64,000 nt of DNA from Lysobacterales bacterium. GTDB taxonomy: Bacteria; Pseudomonadota; Gammaproteobacteria; Xanthomonadales; SZUA-5. A program made the position numbers and the translations under genes. The notes below the pieces were generated by a model. The model made no database searches. It was not told the DNA's origin and worked only from the letters and a program-made list of their open reading frames with translations. The stretch spans positions 160,001 to 224,000 of the forward strand of contig JALHMH010000001.1 in NCBI GenBank assembly GCA_022844165.1. The letters are read 5' to 3'. Below, in pieces: positions 26,210-36,363 of the stretch (the first letter of the stretch is position 1; the number at the start of each line of letters is the position of its first letter).

Positions 26210-27931
26210 TCAATGTGCGATGTGCGAGGCCGACCCTGCGCCGCGCGGAATGCGGATCGACTCGACCAGATCCTGCACGTGCTGCGGCGGCGGTGGGGTC
26301 AGGCGCGAGACCACGATCGCCACGGCGAAGTTGATCAGCATGCCAATCGAACCGATGCCCTCTGGCGAGACGCCGAACAGCCAGTTCTCTTTCACATTGG
26401 CTGCCATAGGTGTCATGAAAATGCCCTTGAAGTAGAGGATGTATCCGATGGTGAAGACCATGCCGGCGATCATGCCACTCACGGCACCGTGGGCATTCGT
26501 GCGTTTGTCGAAAATGCCGAGCAGGATGGCCGGGAAGAAGCTGGCCGCCGCAAGGCCGAACGCAAAAGCCACCACTTCGGCGACAAAGCCAGGCGGATAA
26601 ATACCGAGCAGCCCGGCGATGCCGATCGCAACCGCAGCGGCAATGCGCGCAAAGAGCAGTTCCTGTTTCTCGGAAATACTCGGCATCACCACTTTCTTCA
26701 GCAGGTCATGCGAGATGGCGGAGGATATCACCAGCAGCAAGCCTGCTGCCGTCGACAATGCCGCCGCCAGCCCGCCAGCCGCGATCAATGCGATCACCCA
26801 GGCTGGCAGGTTGGCGATTTCCGGATTGGCCAGCACCATGATGTCCCGGTCGATCGTCATCTCGTTGCGGGCATCTCCGGCATAGAACATCCGACCGTCT
26901 CCGTTTTTGTCTTCCCACTTGATCAGCCCGGTTTTCTCCCAGTTCGCGACCCAGGTGGGCGCCTCTTCGTAAAGCGTACCGACGCTGTCCGGACCGTTGA
27001 TGGTGTCGATCATGTTGACGCGCGCAAAGGTAGCAACAGCAGGCGCTGTGGTGTACAAAATGGCGATGAACAGCAATGCCCAACCCGCCGATTTACGTGC
27101 ATCGCGAACTTTGGGCACCGTGAAAAAACGCACGATCACGTGGGGTAGGCCGGCGGTACCCACCATCAGCGCCAGGGTGATGCAAAACACATCGGCCATG
27201 CCTTTGCTGCCGTCCGTATAAGGCGCCAGACCCAGCGCGACATTCAGTCCATCGAGCTTGTCGAGCAGGTAGGTCCCAGAGCCATCGGCAAGCACGCCGC
27301 CCATGCCCGATTGCGGCAGGACATGCCCGGTCAACAGCATCGAAATGAAGATCGCCGGTACCATGTAAGCGAAGATCAGCACGCAATACTGCGCAACTTG
27401 CGTATAGGTGATGCCCTTCATGCCGCCCAGCACGGCGTAGAAAAATACGATGGCCATGCCAATGATGACGCCAGTCGTGATGTCCACTTCGAGGAAGCGA
27501 CTGAAGACAATGCCAACGCCACGCATCTGGCCGGCGACGTACGTGAAGGACACGAACAGGGCGCAGACCACAGCGACCAGGCGCGCGGTATCCGAGAAGT
27601 AGCGGTCGCCGACAAAGTCCGGTACCGTGAACTTGCCGAATTTGCGCAAGTAGGGTGCCAACAGCAGCGCGAGCAGAACGTAGCCGCCGGTCCAGCCGAG
27701 CAAATACACCGAGCCGTCATAGCCCATGAAAGAGATCAGTCCGGCCATCGAAATAAATGAGGCCGCGCTCATCCAGTCCGCCGCTGTAGCCATACCGTTG
27801 GCCACCGGATGCACGCCGCCGCCGGCGACGTAAAAGTCCTTGGTCGATGCCACGCGCGTCCAGAGCGCGATGCCGATGTAGAGGGCAAAACTCGCGCCCA
27901 CAATCAAATAGGTCCAGGCTTGAACAGACAT
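26210..27931 (-). CDS. sodium:solute symporter, ActP-like (VC_2705 subfamily)
   Basis: NGMATAADWMSAASFISMAG, APYLRKFGKFTVPDF, GTAGLPHVIVRFFTV. Confidence 0.92.
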   Translation of the reverse strand: MSVQAWTYLIVGASFALYIGIALWTRVASTKDFYVAGGGVHPVANGMATAADWMSAASFISMAGLISFMGYDGSVYLLGWTGGYVLLALLLAPYLRKFGKFTVPDFVGDRYFSDTARLVAVVCALFVSFTYVAGQMRGVGIVFSRFLEVDITTGVIIGMAIVFFYAVLGGMKGITYTQVAQYCVLIFAYMVPAIFISMLLTGHVLPQSGMGGVLADGSGTYLLDKLDGLNVALGLAPYTDGSKGMADVFCITLALMVGTAGLPHVIVRFFTVPKVRDARKSAGWALLFIAILYTTAPAVATFARVNMIDTINGPDSVGTLYEEAPTWVANWEKTGLIKWEDKNGDGRMFYAGDARNEMTIDRDIMVLANPEIANLPAWVIALIAAGGLAAALSTAAGLLLVISSAISHDLLKKVVMPSISEKQELLFARIAAAVAIGIAGLLGIYPPGFVAEVVAFAFGLAAASFFPAILLGIFDKRTNAHGAVSGMIAGMVFTIGYILYFKGIFMTPMAANVKENWLFGVSPEGIGSIGMLINFAVAIVVSRLTPPPPQHVQDLVESIRIPRGAGSASHIAH

Positions 27932-27934
27932 GGC

Positions 27935-28204
27935 TTACTCCTCATCCACTTCGTACTGGCGTTCGATTCGGTTCATCTTCCAGGCGTAGAAGAAAATGAG
28001 CCCCACAAAAACGTAGATGGCGCCCTGCTGAGCAAAGAAGAAGCCGAGCTTGAAGCCGAAGAACTGGATCTGATTAAGTGCATCGACGAACAGGATGCCG
28101 GCGCCAAAAGACACGGCAAACCAGATCGCCAGCAGTATTGCCATCAGGCGGAGATTGGCTCGCCAGTATTCGGCGGCCTTAGGGTTGAGCGGTTGCTGAG
28201 ACAT
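27935..28204 (-). CDS. DUF4212 small symporter-associated membrane subunit
   Basis: YWRANL...GFKLGFFFAQQGAI; adjacent to the symporter. Confidence 0.88.
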   Translation of the reverse strand: MSQQPLNPKAAEYWRANLRLMAILLAIWFAVSFGAGILFVDALNQIQFFGFKLGFFFAQQGAIYVFVGLIFFYAWKMNRIERQYEVDEE

Positions 28205-28222
28205 GCGTTTGACTCCCGTTGG

Positions 28223-29551
28223 TCAGAAACTGTACTTGGCGTGGAAGTGCAGGCGGCGCAGATCGCCCTCGGCGCCGGATTCGAGTTCGCGCTGCCCGAA
28301 GATCGCTTCGATACCCAGGTCCAGTTTGGGCAACGGCGTCCAGATGGCATTGGCATGCAGGCTGTGGATCCGCCTGCTGATGCCCAAGCCCGTTAGTGCG
28401 GTGTCGTGATCTAAGTCGACGCGAGAGTAAAAGAGGTTGGTGCGGAAACTCGCGCCGAAAACGTGGCGCCACGCCACATAGCCGGACACCAGGCCATTGG
28501 TTTCGATATCCCCATCGGCGTCCAGCGTGCCGTCGCTGTCGAGCGCCAGACCAATGTATCGCCCGATGCCGCGACCACCAGTCAGCATGTAGCGCAAGTC
28601 GTCTTTCGGGCCTAAGTTGTATTTGCCGGAGAAGCTCAAGCCATAGCCGACCTGTTGGCCGTCGACTGTGCCGTCGCCCGTTTCATAACGCAGTTGCCGC
28701 AGCAGGCCGGCAACGCCGAAATGGCCGAAATCGCCTTTGTGCGTGTAGCGCAAACTGGCGTCCGGGAGCCAACCATCGTCGCTGCTGAGTTTGCTGGCGT
28801 TGCCGCGAAACGGGGTGAGGAAGGTCTCCGGGTTTTCCAGCGAAAACGACCACGGACCGCTGGTGTAGCGGAGTTGGGCTTGGCGCACGAATACGGTGCC
28901 CTCGGTTGGGCCGATGAAATCCACCGCATCGGGCAGCGCCGCGACGTCCTGGAAGTTCGACCAGGTTTCACCCGCCAACCAGCCGTTCCAGCTGGCAAAT
29001 GCATGGCGGATCGTTACGCCATAAGTGTTTGTCGCGATTTCGTTGCCCAAGGCGTTGCCGAACAAATCGAATTCCAGGTAGCCGCGCAGCGTATCGCCAC
29101 TCTCGGTTTGTGACGCGACGTTGAACCAGAATCGCGAAAACTGAGCATGCTCGTCCAGATCGGTTCCTTCCGAGTTTCCGCCAACGGGAATGCCGCCCGG
29201 CAGATACAAGAGGCGGCCCACAGAACCATCCGGTATCTCGCCATCGTTCGTGTCGGTCAACATCGCATCGAGCTTGATGAAGCCACCGTAGGTGAACGTG
29301 CTGCCGGGTATTGCCCCGGGTACGATCGTGGTCTCCTGGATCGTATTGGCAGCTTTGGCGGGCGCGGGTTCGCTGGGTTGAGCAGTTTGCTGCGCCGCCA
29401 ATAACTGTTCTACGGCGCGCTCCAACTCAGCGACCCTGGCTTCCAACTGCGCCTCGCGTTCGCTTTGCGCGAGCAACAGCCCCGGTGCGCCGGACAAAAC
29501 CAATGCGCAGCAGATGGCAAGCCTGCGCCGAGTGAGTCGAATCGTCTTCAT
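28223..29551 (-). CDS. DcaP-family outer membrane porin
   Basis: Signal peptide, coiled coil, YGGFIKLD, RHAF...WLAGETWSNF, C-terminal KYSF; GAGG SD. Confidence 0.88.
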   Translation of the reverse strand: MKTIRLTRRRLAICCALVLSGAPGLLLAQSEREAQLEARVAELERAVEQLLAAQQTAQPSEPAPAKAANTIQETTIVPGAIPGSTFTYGGFIKLDAMLTDTNDGEIPDGSVGRLLYLPGGIPVGGNSEGTDLDEHAQFSRFWFNVASQTESGDTLRGYLEFDLFGNALGNEIATNTYGVTIRHAFASWNGWLAGETWSNFQDVAALPDAVDFIGPTEGTVFVRQAQLRYTSGPWSFSLENPETFLTPFRGNASKLSSDDGWLPDASLRYTHKGDFGHFGVAGLLRQLRYETGDGTVDGQQVGYGLSFSGKYNLGPKDDLRYMLTGGRGIGRYIGLALDSDGTLDADGDIETNGLVSGYVAWRHVFGASFRTNLFYSRVDLDHDTALTGLGISRRIHSLHANAIWTPLPKLDLGIEAIFGQRELESGAEGDLRRLHFHAKYSF

Positions 29552-29615
29552 GGGTACCTCCCCGCACCCCGATTGGGCAGAACGATAGTGGCATCGCACG
29601 CTGCGCCGGCACTAT

Positions 29616-29636
29616 TAGCCATTGGTCGAATGCGGC
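29616..29636 (-). promoter_or_regulatory. putative CrbR/ErdR box, dcaP promoter
   Basis: TAGCCATTGGTCGAATGCGGC, 19/21 identical to the site upstream of acs. Confidence 0.65.
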
Positions 29637-29762
29637 CGCGAACGGCGCCAGAAGCCGCAAGCGAAAACGCAGCGCCTGGCCCTGGTTATGGCAAGATCAC
29701 TGCCCAAACTGCTGGGCGCTATTCGCACGAGGCGAATCCTCGTCAAGTAGGCAACGAACGCC

Positions 29763-32700
29763 ATGTCCTCGCTCGCGATCAACACCTTGCTCGTCGCCGG
29801 GTTGTATTTTCTGGCCTTGTTCGGCTTGGCCCATCTGGGCGATCGCATCGCCGCCACGCGCGGCCTCTCGAGCGCCCATCGCAACTGGATCCTTGGTCTT
29901 GCGCTGGGCGTGTATTGCACGACATGGACCGTCTTCGGAGCCATCGGGACGGCGACCCGCGATGGCTGGAGTTATTTGCCGATTTATCTCGGGCCGCTGT
30001 TGCTGCTGTTGATTGCACCCGCGGCCTGGGAGCGCATGGTGGCTCTGCAGCAGCGGCATCAGCTCGGCACGTTGGCGGACTTTCTCGGTGCGCGATTTGG
30101 CCGCGACCCGTGGCTCGCTGGTCTGGCGGCGCTGCTTTGTTTGCTTGCCGTGGTACCTTACGTGGCGCTGCAATTGCGCGCATTGAACGGTTCGTTTGTC
30201 GTGCTCGGCGTCCCGGCGCCCGAGACCATGACGCTCGTACTGTTGGGCATGTTCGTGGTTTTCACGTTGCTGTTCGGCGTGCGCGATGCGAGCGCCGTGC
30301 AGCGGCGGCCCGGGCTGGTGCTGGTGATCGCCGTGGAGAGTGTGCTTAAACTGGCGATCCTGGTGGCAATCGCCATCTGGGCGGCGTTCGAGCCGAAACC
30401 GGACGTGGCGCTCAGTCTGCCGCTGCCGGACGCAACGACCTTTGCGTTTCAGACGCTGCTGGCGGCGCTGGCTGTGGTGTTGTTGCCACGCATGTTCCAT
30501 ATTGGCGTGATCGAGTGCCAGAAGCCTGCGGATGTCCGTGGCGCACGCTGGATCTTTGCCGGCTATCTGGTCATCGTTTCTGTTGCGGTACTGCCGATCG
30601 CTCAGTTGGCGATGGCGCAGTCAGCGAGCGGCGATTTCCTGCCGATCAGTTTGCCCTTGGCGGGCGGCAATCGGCTGCTGGCGATGTTCGCGTTCGTTGC
30701 CGGCCTGTCGGCAGCGAGTGCGATGGTCATCGTCTCGCTTTTGGCGCTGTCGACTCTGATCAGTAACAGCTTGTCGACACCACTGTTGTTGCGAGCCGGT
30801 TGGACGGTGTCTGCGCCGGTCGTCTTGCTGCACCGTCGATTGGCTGTGGTGCTGGTCGCGCTGGTCAGTTTCGTGTGGTTTCGTGTGGCGACCGGCCAGG
30901 CAACACTGGCACAAATGGGCCTGCTCGCGTTCGCTGCTGTCGCGCAATTGGCGCCGATTCTGTGGGCTGGGCTGAGTGGCGATCGGACCCGTGTGGTTGC
31001 GGCACGTTTGGCTTTGAGCGTGGGTGTGGTCGGATGGTTGTTCGCACTATGGTTGCCCGAGCTGATGACGCCCGGCGAGCGCAGTCAGGCAGAATTGGCG
31101 AGTCGTGCAGTGATGGTACTCGCCGTCAACGCATTCGTACTTCTGGCGGCGCAACTGTGGCCGGCGCCACTGCGCGAACGCAGCGCCGCAAGCGCTTTTC
31201 TAAACGCCGCTGATGTGGCGGAAGGCGCGACCAGGGTTCCGGTCGACGATGTGCGCTTACTGCTCGATCGTATCCTCGGCGAAGCGGCGGCCAATCTAGC
31301 GCTGGGCGAACGTCGCGAAGGATACGCCAGCGCCGGTCAGCTGCAGGCAGCCGAACGTGCACTCAGTGCCGTGCTCGGTAACAGCGCCCGCGAGGTGCTG
31401 ACGCAAACTCTGGGAGGGCATACCGCGGGGGTCAACGCGATGCTTGATGCACTCGATCAGAGCGCGCGCCGTGTTCGCAGCAGCGAATCTCTGCTCAAGG
31501 CGACTTTCGAGCATATGCACCAGGCAGTCAGCGTCGTCGATGCGCATCTCAACCTGGTCGCCTGGAATGCGCCTTACGAAAAGCTGTTCGCCTGGCCGCC
31601 CGGCCTGCTCGATGTCGGACGACCCATCGCGGACTTGTTGGCCGTCGCCGCAGCGCAGTCGGGACTGAGTCATGCAACCGCGACTGAGCGTACTGCGCGT
31701 CGGCTTGAGTTGTTGCGACAGGCAACGCCCTATCGCAGCTTAAGGCACCTTCCCGATGGCCGTTGGCTCGACGTGCGCGGCGAGCCTTTGCCGGGGGGCG
31801 GCTTTGTGACCACGTTTTCCGATGTCACTGAATCAGTACAACAAAAGCACGCGCTGGAAGAGGCCAATGCACTGCTTGAGCGGCGTGTGGCCGAGCGCAC
31901 CCGGCAGTTGGCGATCGCCTACGAGGAGAAGAACCGCTTTATTGCAGCGGCGAGCCATGATTTGTTGCAACCGCTGTCGGCGGCGCGTTTGTATTTGTCG
32001 GCTGCGCGCGAGCAGTCGGACCTGTCGTTGTTGGGCCGCATCGATGCTGCGCTATGCGCCAGCGAAGATCTGCTCGGCGGCCTGACCGATTTGTCGCGAC
32101 TCGATGCCGGTCAACTCAAGCCGAGCATAGAGTCGGTACCCATCGGTCCGTTGCTCGTCGCGCTGGTTGAACAATACGCTCCGGTGGCCGAGCGGCGTGG
32201 GCTCAGCTTGCATTGTGTGCACACTTGCCTTGCAGCGCGAACCGATGCCCGCTTGCTGCGCCGCATCCTGTCGAACTTCGTTGCCAACGCTGTTCGCTAC
32301 ACGGCACGGGGTGGTGTACTCCTGGGCGTGCGCCGGCAGGGTTCAAAGGTGCGCATCGAGGTGCTCGACACTGGCCCCGGTATCGATGCCGATCAGCAAC
32401 CCGGGATCTTCGACGACCGTTCTGGTGGTGGCGTATCGCCATGGGGTGAGCGTGGCCTCGGTCTTGGGCTGGCTGGCTGTCGCCGCCTCGCGCAGGTCAT
32501 TGGCGCGGCATTGAATCTGCGATCGCGCATCGGCTGTGGCAGCGCATTTTCGGTCATGGTGCCAATGGCGACGATCGGCCGCGACAGCAGCAGCGTCCCG
32601 GCTGCGGCGACGCCATCCTTGTCTTTACTGGTGTTGGATAACGATTCTGAAGTACTCGCCAGTCTTTGCACGCTACTGAGCGGATGGGGAATGCGCGTGC

Positions 32701-32969
32701 ACAGCGCGCTGGATTCGACCACCGCCAGCGCGATCATCGCGCGCGAAACCATCGATTGGGCGATCGTCGACTTCGAACTTGGCGAATCCAGGACCGGGCT
32801 CGATTGGCTGGCGGTGCAGTTGGCCGCATATCCTAAGATGCGTGGTGCGCTCTTGACCGCCGCCCTCGATCCCGATTTGCCGACGCGCTGTCAAACGCTC
32901 GGCGTGCGCTACTTGAAAAAGCCGGTACGCCCGGCAGCACTGCGCGCAACGCTTTCCTCCGCCGTATGA
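29763..32969 (+). CDS. crbS: CrbS-type hybrid sensor kinase (SLC5 transporter domain, PAS, HK, REC)
   Basis: LGVYCTTWT..G, VPYVALQL, SHDLLQPL, NAVRYT..GGVLLG, GLGLGL, C-terminal REC. Confidence 0.85.
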   Translation: MSSLAINTLLVAGLYFLALFGLAHLGDRIAATRGLSSAHRNWILGLALGVYCTTWTVFGAIGTATRDGWSYLPIYLGPLLLLLIAPAAWERMVALQQRHQLGTLADFLGARFGRDPWLAGLAALLCLLAVVPYVALQLRALNGSFVVLGVPAPETMTLVLLGMFVVFTLLFGVRDASAVQRRPGLVLVIAVESVLKLAILVAIAIWAAFEPKPDVALSLPLPDATTFAFQTLLAALAVVLLPRMFHIGVIECQKPADVRGARWIFAGYLVIVSVAVLPIAQLAMAQSASGDFLPISLPLAGGNRLLAMFAFVAGLSAASAMVIVSLLALSTLISNSLSTPLLLRAGWTVSAPVVLLHRRLAVVLVALVSFVWFRVATGQATLAQMGLLAFAAVAQLAPILWAGLSGDRTRVVAARLALSVGVVGWLFALWLPELMTPGERSQAELASRAVMVLAVNAFVLLAAQLWPAPLRERSAASAFLNAADVAEGATRVPVDDVRLLLDRILGEAAANLALGERREGYASAGQLQAAERALSAVLGNSAREVLTQTLGGHTAGVNAMLDALDQSARRVRSSESLLKATFEHMHQAVSVVDAHLNLVAWNAPYEKLFAWPPGLLDVGRPIADLLAVAAAQSGLSHATATERTARRLELLRQATPYRSLRHLPDGRWLDVRGEPLPGGGFVTTFSDVTESVQQKHALEEANALLERRVAERTRQLAIAYEEKNRFIAAASHDLLQPLSAARLYLSAAREQSDLSLLGRIDAALCASEDLLGGLTDLSRLDAGQLKPSIESVPIGPLLVALVEQYAPVAERRGLSLHCVHTCLAARTDARLLRRILSNFVANAVRYTARGGVLLGVRRQGSKVRIEVLDTGPGIDADQQPGIFDDRSGGGVSPWGERGLGLGLAGCRRLAQVIGAALNLRSRIGCGSAFSVMVPMATIGRDSSSVPAAATPSLSLLVLDNDSEVLASLCTLLSGWGMRVHSALDSTTASAIIARETIDWAIVDFELGESRTGLDWLAVQLAAYPKMRGALLTAALDPDLPTRCQTLGVRYLKKPVRPAALRATLSSAV

Positions 32970-33074
32970 GGTGCCGTCGTTGGCATTGCGATCTGCCGTT
33001 CGTCCTGCGCTTCAATGCTTTACCGTCAATGCGGATCGCAGTCCCGTTATGATCGAGGCATTGCGCAGGGGAAA

Positions 33075-34736
33075 ATGAACATGTCGCGTGGCGAGTCTCA
33101 ATTGGCGTCGAGATTGTCGGTTTTTGTGTTGGTGTTCCTGGCGTTGTACGCGGTCTTCGCGTTCGTCGCGTGGCGAACGCTCGAAGCGGTTCGCGTGAAA
33201 GGTCCTTACTACAACGAAATTATGCTGGGCAACGAGCTGATCGCCGACGTGCTGCCGCCGCCGCAGTACATCATCGAGTCGTACTTGATCGCACTTCAAT
33301 TGATGGACGAGAAAAGCTCGGCCGAGGCAAGTCGCCTGATCGAGACGGGGAACCAGTTGCGGGTGACGTATGAGGCGCGCCAGGAGTATTGGAAACGCGT
33401 GTTAGACGATAGCCCGATGAAGGACTTGATGACGGCAACCGCTGCTCGGGCCGCGCTGGAGTTTTACCGGATACGGGATGACATCTACGTGCCGGCAATT
33501 CGCACCGACGATCGCTCCGCAGCGCGCGCCGCGCTCGATCAGATGCGCCAGCGCTACGACGCGCATCGGTATGCCATCGATGATGTGGTGAAGATGGCGC
33601 AGGCGCGCAATGCCGACTACGAAAAACGCGCAAACGAACTGATCAACGAGCAAATTCGCACGCTGGTGCTGCTGGCTTTCGGTGTCGTCCTGGTCGTCGT
33701 TGTGATGGCCTGGTTTGCGCGTCGTGCGGCGCAAAGCCTGAGCGCACGCGTGCACCTGGTGTCCGATGTCGCAGGACGCGTCGCCCAGGGCGACTTGACC
33801 ACAGTCATACCGCCCAGCGACGCAAACGATGAGGCGGGCAGGCTGCTCGGTGCGATTGGCGGTATGACCCAGAGTTTGCGCGGGCTGGTAACCCGCGTCA
33901 AACAAGCGTCGGTGGAACTGATGAGCACTGCCACCGAGTTCGCCGCAACCAGTCGCCAACAAGAGGCAACCGTACAAGGTTTCGGCGCTTCGACCAACGA
34001 GATCGCCGCAGCAGTCAAACAGATCGCCGCCACCAGCCAGGAACTGATGGCAACGATGGAAGGGCTCAACGCGGTGTCCGGACAAACCGCTGACCTGGCT
34101 GAGGCCGGGCAGTCGGGCCTGTCGAACCTGGATAGTACGATGGACCGACTGGCGCAGGCCGCGAATGCGATGTCGGCACGATTGGCCGCGATCCGCGAAG
34201 AGGCGGCCGAAATCACCGGCGTGGTTACGACCATTTCTAAAGTCGCCGATCAAACCAATCTATTGTCTATCAATGCGGCGATTGAGGCGGAAAAGGCCGG
34301 TGAGCAGGGTTTGGGATTTTTGGTTCTGGCGCGCGAGATTCGGCGGCTCGCGGATCAAACCGCAGTTGCCACACTCGACATTGAGCAAATGGTCAAACAA
34401 ATGCAGACGGCCGTTTCTGCTGGTGTGATGGAAATCGATCGATTCGCCGAAGAAGTGCGCAGCGGTGTGGGCACCGTCGACCGCGTGGGTGGCCAGTTCG
34501 GGCAGATCATCAGTCAGGTTAAAACGCTCAGCGAACGCTTTGATTCGGTCAACCATGGCATGCGCAGCCAGTCGCAAGGCGCTCGTCAGATCGGCGAGGC
34601 AATGGGTCAGTTGCTCGATGGTGCGCGCCAAACATCTGTGTCTTTGCGCGAATTCAATTCGGCAACGGAAGGGCTGCGTGAGGCCGTGACGGTTCTCAAG
34701 ACTGAGATCGCAAAGTTCAAGCTTGGCAACGAATGA
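33075..34736 (+). CDS. wspA: methyl-accepting chemotaxis protein WspA
   Basis: Two TMs, HAMP, VADQTNLLSINAAIEAEKAGE..GF.VLAREIRRLADQTAVATLDIE. Confidence 0.88.
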   Translation: MNMSRGESQLASRLSVFVLVFLALYAVFAFVAWRTLEAVRVKGPYYNEIMLGNELIADVLPPPQYIIESYLIALQLMDEKSSAEASRLIETGNQLRVTYEARQEYWKRVLDDSPMKDLMTATAARAALEFYRIRDDIYVPAIRTDDRSAARAALDQMRQRYDAHRYAIDDVVKMAQARNADYEKRANELINEQIRTLVLLAFGVVLVVVVMAWFARRAAQSLSARVHLVSDVAGRVAQGDLTTVIPPSDANDEAGRLLGAIGGMTQSLRGLVTRVKQASVELMSTATEFAATSRQQEATVQGFGASTNEIAAAVKQIAATSQELMATMEGLNAVSGQTADLAEAGQSGLSNLDSTMDRLAQAANAMSARLAAIREEAAEITGVVTTISKVADQTNLLSINAAIEAEKAGEQGLGFLVLAREIRRLADQTAVATLDIEQMVKQMQTAVSAGVMEIDRFAEEVRSGVGTVDRVGGQFGQIISQVKTLSERFDSVNHGMRSQSQGARQIGEAMGQLLDGARQTSVSLREFNSATEGLREAVTVLKTEIAKFKLGNE

Positions 34737-35173
34737 TGCTCGCCCTGACGTTCCGTGCCGGAGATACGCCGCTCGCGATCGACACACGTTTTGTCGTGGA
34801 AGTGTTGCCGCGCCTGTCGCTGCAAAGAGCAGCATTGGCGCCCGAGGCGGTGGTCGGCCTGCTCCCATTTCGGCAGACGCTGACGCCTGTCGTGGACTTG
34901 TGCTGGCTCGTTGCGGGACGCAGCGCGCGCAATCGGTTGGGCACACGGATCATTGTGACGCGCGTGGAAATCGGTCGTCGCTTTGTCGGTCTGCTGGCTG
35001 AGGATGTCAGCGAATTGGTCGATAGTCGTGAGACGATCATGGGGCTGACCAACCCCGAACACCCCTGGCTCGGCGAACACCTCGCCGACCAAACGGAAAT
35101 GCCGATGATGGTGCACCCATCGGAGTTGCTGCCGGATGCTCTGCGGCAGCTTTTTGAGGCCAGTCCGGCGTGA
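34733..35173 (+). CDS. wspB: CheW-like scaffold WspB
   Basis: VVEVLP, PVVDL, TRII, GLLAE; position in operon. Confidence 0.82.
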   Translation: MMLALTFRAGDTPLAIDTRFVVEVLPRLSLQRAALAPEAVVGLLPFRQTLTPVVDLCWLVAGRSARNRLGTRIIVTRVEIGRRFVGLLAEDVSELVDSRETIMGLTNPEHPWLGEHLADQTEMPMMVHPSELLPDALRQLFEASPA

Positions 35174-36363
35174 GCCGGTCGGCTCTGGTCGATCGGCTTC
35201 AGGCACGCATCGGACTTGATCCTGATGCGCTCGGTACTGCTGCACTGGATCATGCCATCGACGAGGCCTGCGCGAACCTGGGCTGCAAGGATGCGATGGC
35301 ACTGCTGATCGAGGTGGAGCGCTCGCCGGAGAAGTGGCAGCAGTTCATCGACTGCATGGTCATTCCTGAGACTTGGTTTTTCCGAGTGCCAGAGCAGTTC
35401 GCCGAGCTGAGACGTTATGCGCAATCGCGGCGACCGCTGCGAGTCTTGTCGTTGCCGAGTGCTACCGGCGAAGAGGCATACTCGATCGCCATTGCGCTGT
35501 TCGAGGCTGGGTTGGGTCCCGGCGAGTTCGATGTACTGGGTATTGATGTCGGCGCGCGCCAGATCGACCAGGCGCGGCGCGGACGTTATCGGTCCTATTC
35601 GTTTCGCGGCACAACGCCCGCGCCGGAGTGGTTCACGCAGGATGGCGATGAGTATCTGGTCGTGCCGGCGGTTAAGCGAAGAGTGCGCTTTCAGGTGGGC
35701 AATATTCTTGATTCAAGTGTCTTGGGAGATGAGCGATTCGATGTAATCTTCTTCCGCAATCTGCTGATTTACCTCGATACCGGCAGTCGAAAACGCGCAG
35801 TTCATCGTTTGCAGTCCGTACTGACGCCGGGTGGACTCATCTTCGCTGGGCAGGCCGAGGTGCTGTCGAGCGTCGACGATCGCTTGCAACTGGCGTCGGA
35901 ATTCGGCGCGTTGACATTCTCGGTCGCCGCCCAGTCCGGCAAAATCGAAACAGCACAGCTCCCGTCGTCACGTTCACCGACCAGGATGCGGCCTGCAAAG
36001 GCACTGACGCAATCCGGGCCTGATCGTTTGCGACGCCAGGAAGGACTGTCGGCTCCCGATTCGCTGCAATTGGCGCGCAAAGCAGCCGACAGCGGCGATC
36101 TGTGCGCGGCGCGAAACGCCTGTCAAGAGGCGCTCGCACGGAACCCGGAATCTGCCGACACCTGGTTTTTGCTTGGTGTCGTCGAGACCGCCGCGGGAGA
36201 GCTTGGGCGTGCCGATGAAGCGCTATTGCGCGCCACGTATCTTGATCGCAATCACGTCGACGCCCTCGCGCACCGCGCGGCACTGGCGGCGCGCATGGGC
36301 CGCACTGGCGAAGCGGCGCAACTGCGCGCCCGACTCGGTCGCCTGAGCGGAGAATCGGTCTGA
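35170..36363 (+). CDS. wspC: CheR methyltransferase with TPR, WspC
   Basis: PETWFFR, SLPSATGEEAYSIA, FDVIFFRNLLIY, TPR ending ATYLD. Confidence 0.9.
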   Translation: MSRSALVDRLQARIGLDPDALGTAALDHAIDEACANLGCKDAMALLIEVERSPEKWQQFIDCMVIPETWFFRVPEQFAELRRYAQSRRPLRVLSLPSATGEEAYSIAIALFEAGLGPGEFDVLGIDVGARQIDQARRGRYRSYSFRGTTPAPEWFTQDGDEYLVVPAVKRRVRFQVGNILDSSVLGDERFDVIFFRNLLIYLDTGSRKRAVHRLQSVLTPGGLIFAGQAEVLSSVDDRLQLASEFGALTFSVAAQSGKIETAQLPSSRSPTRMRPAKALTQSGPDRLRRQEGLSAPDSLQLARKAADSGDLCAARNACQEALARNPESADTWFLLGVVETAAGELGRADEALLRATYLDRNHVDALAHRAALAARMGRTGEAAQLRARLGRLSGESV

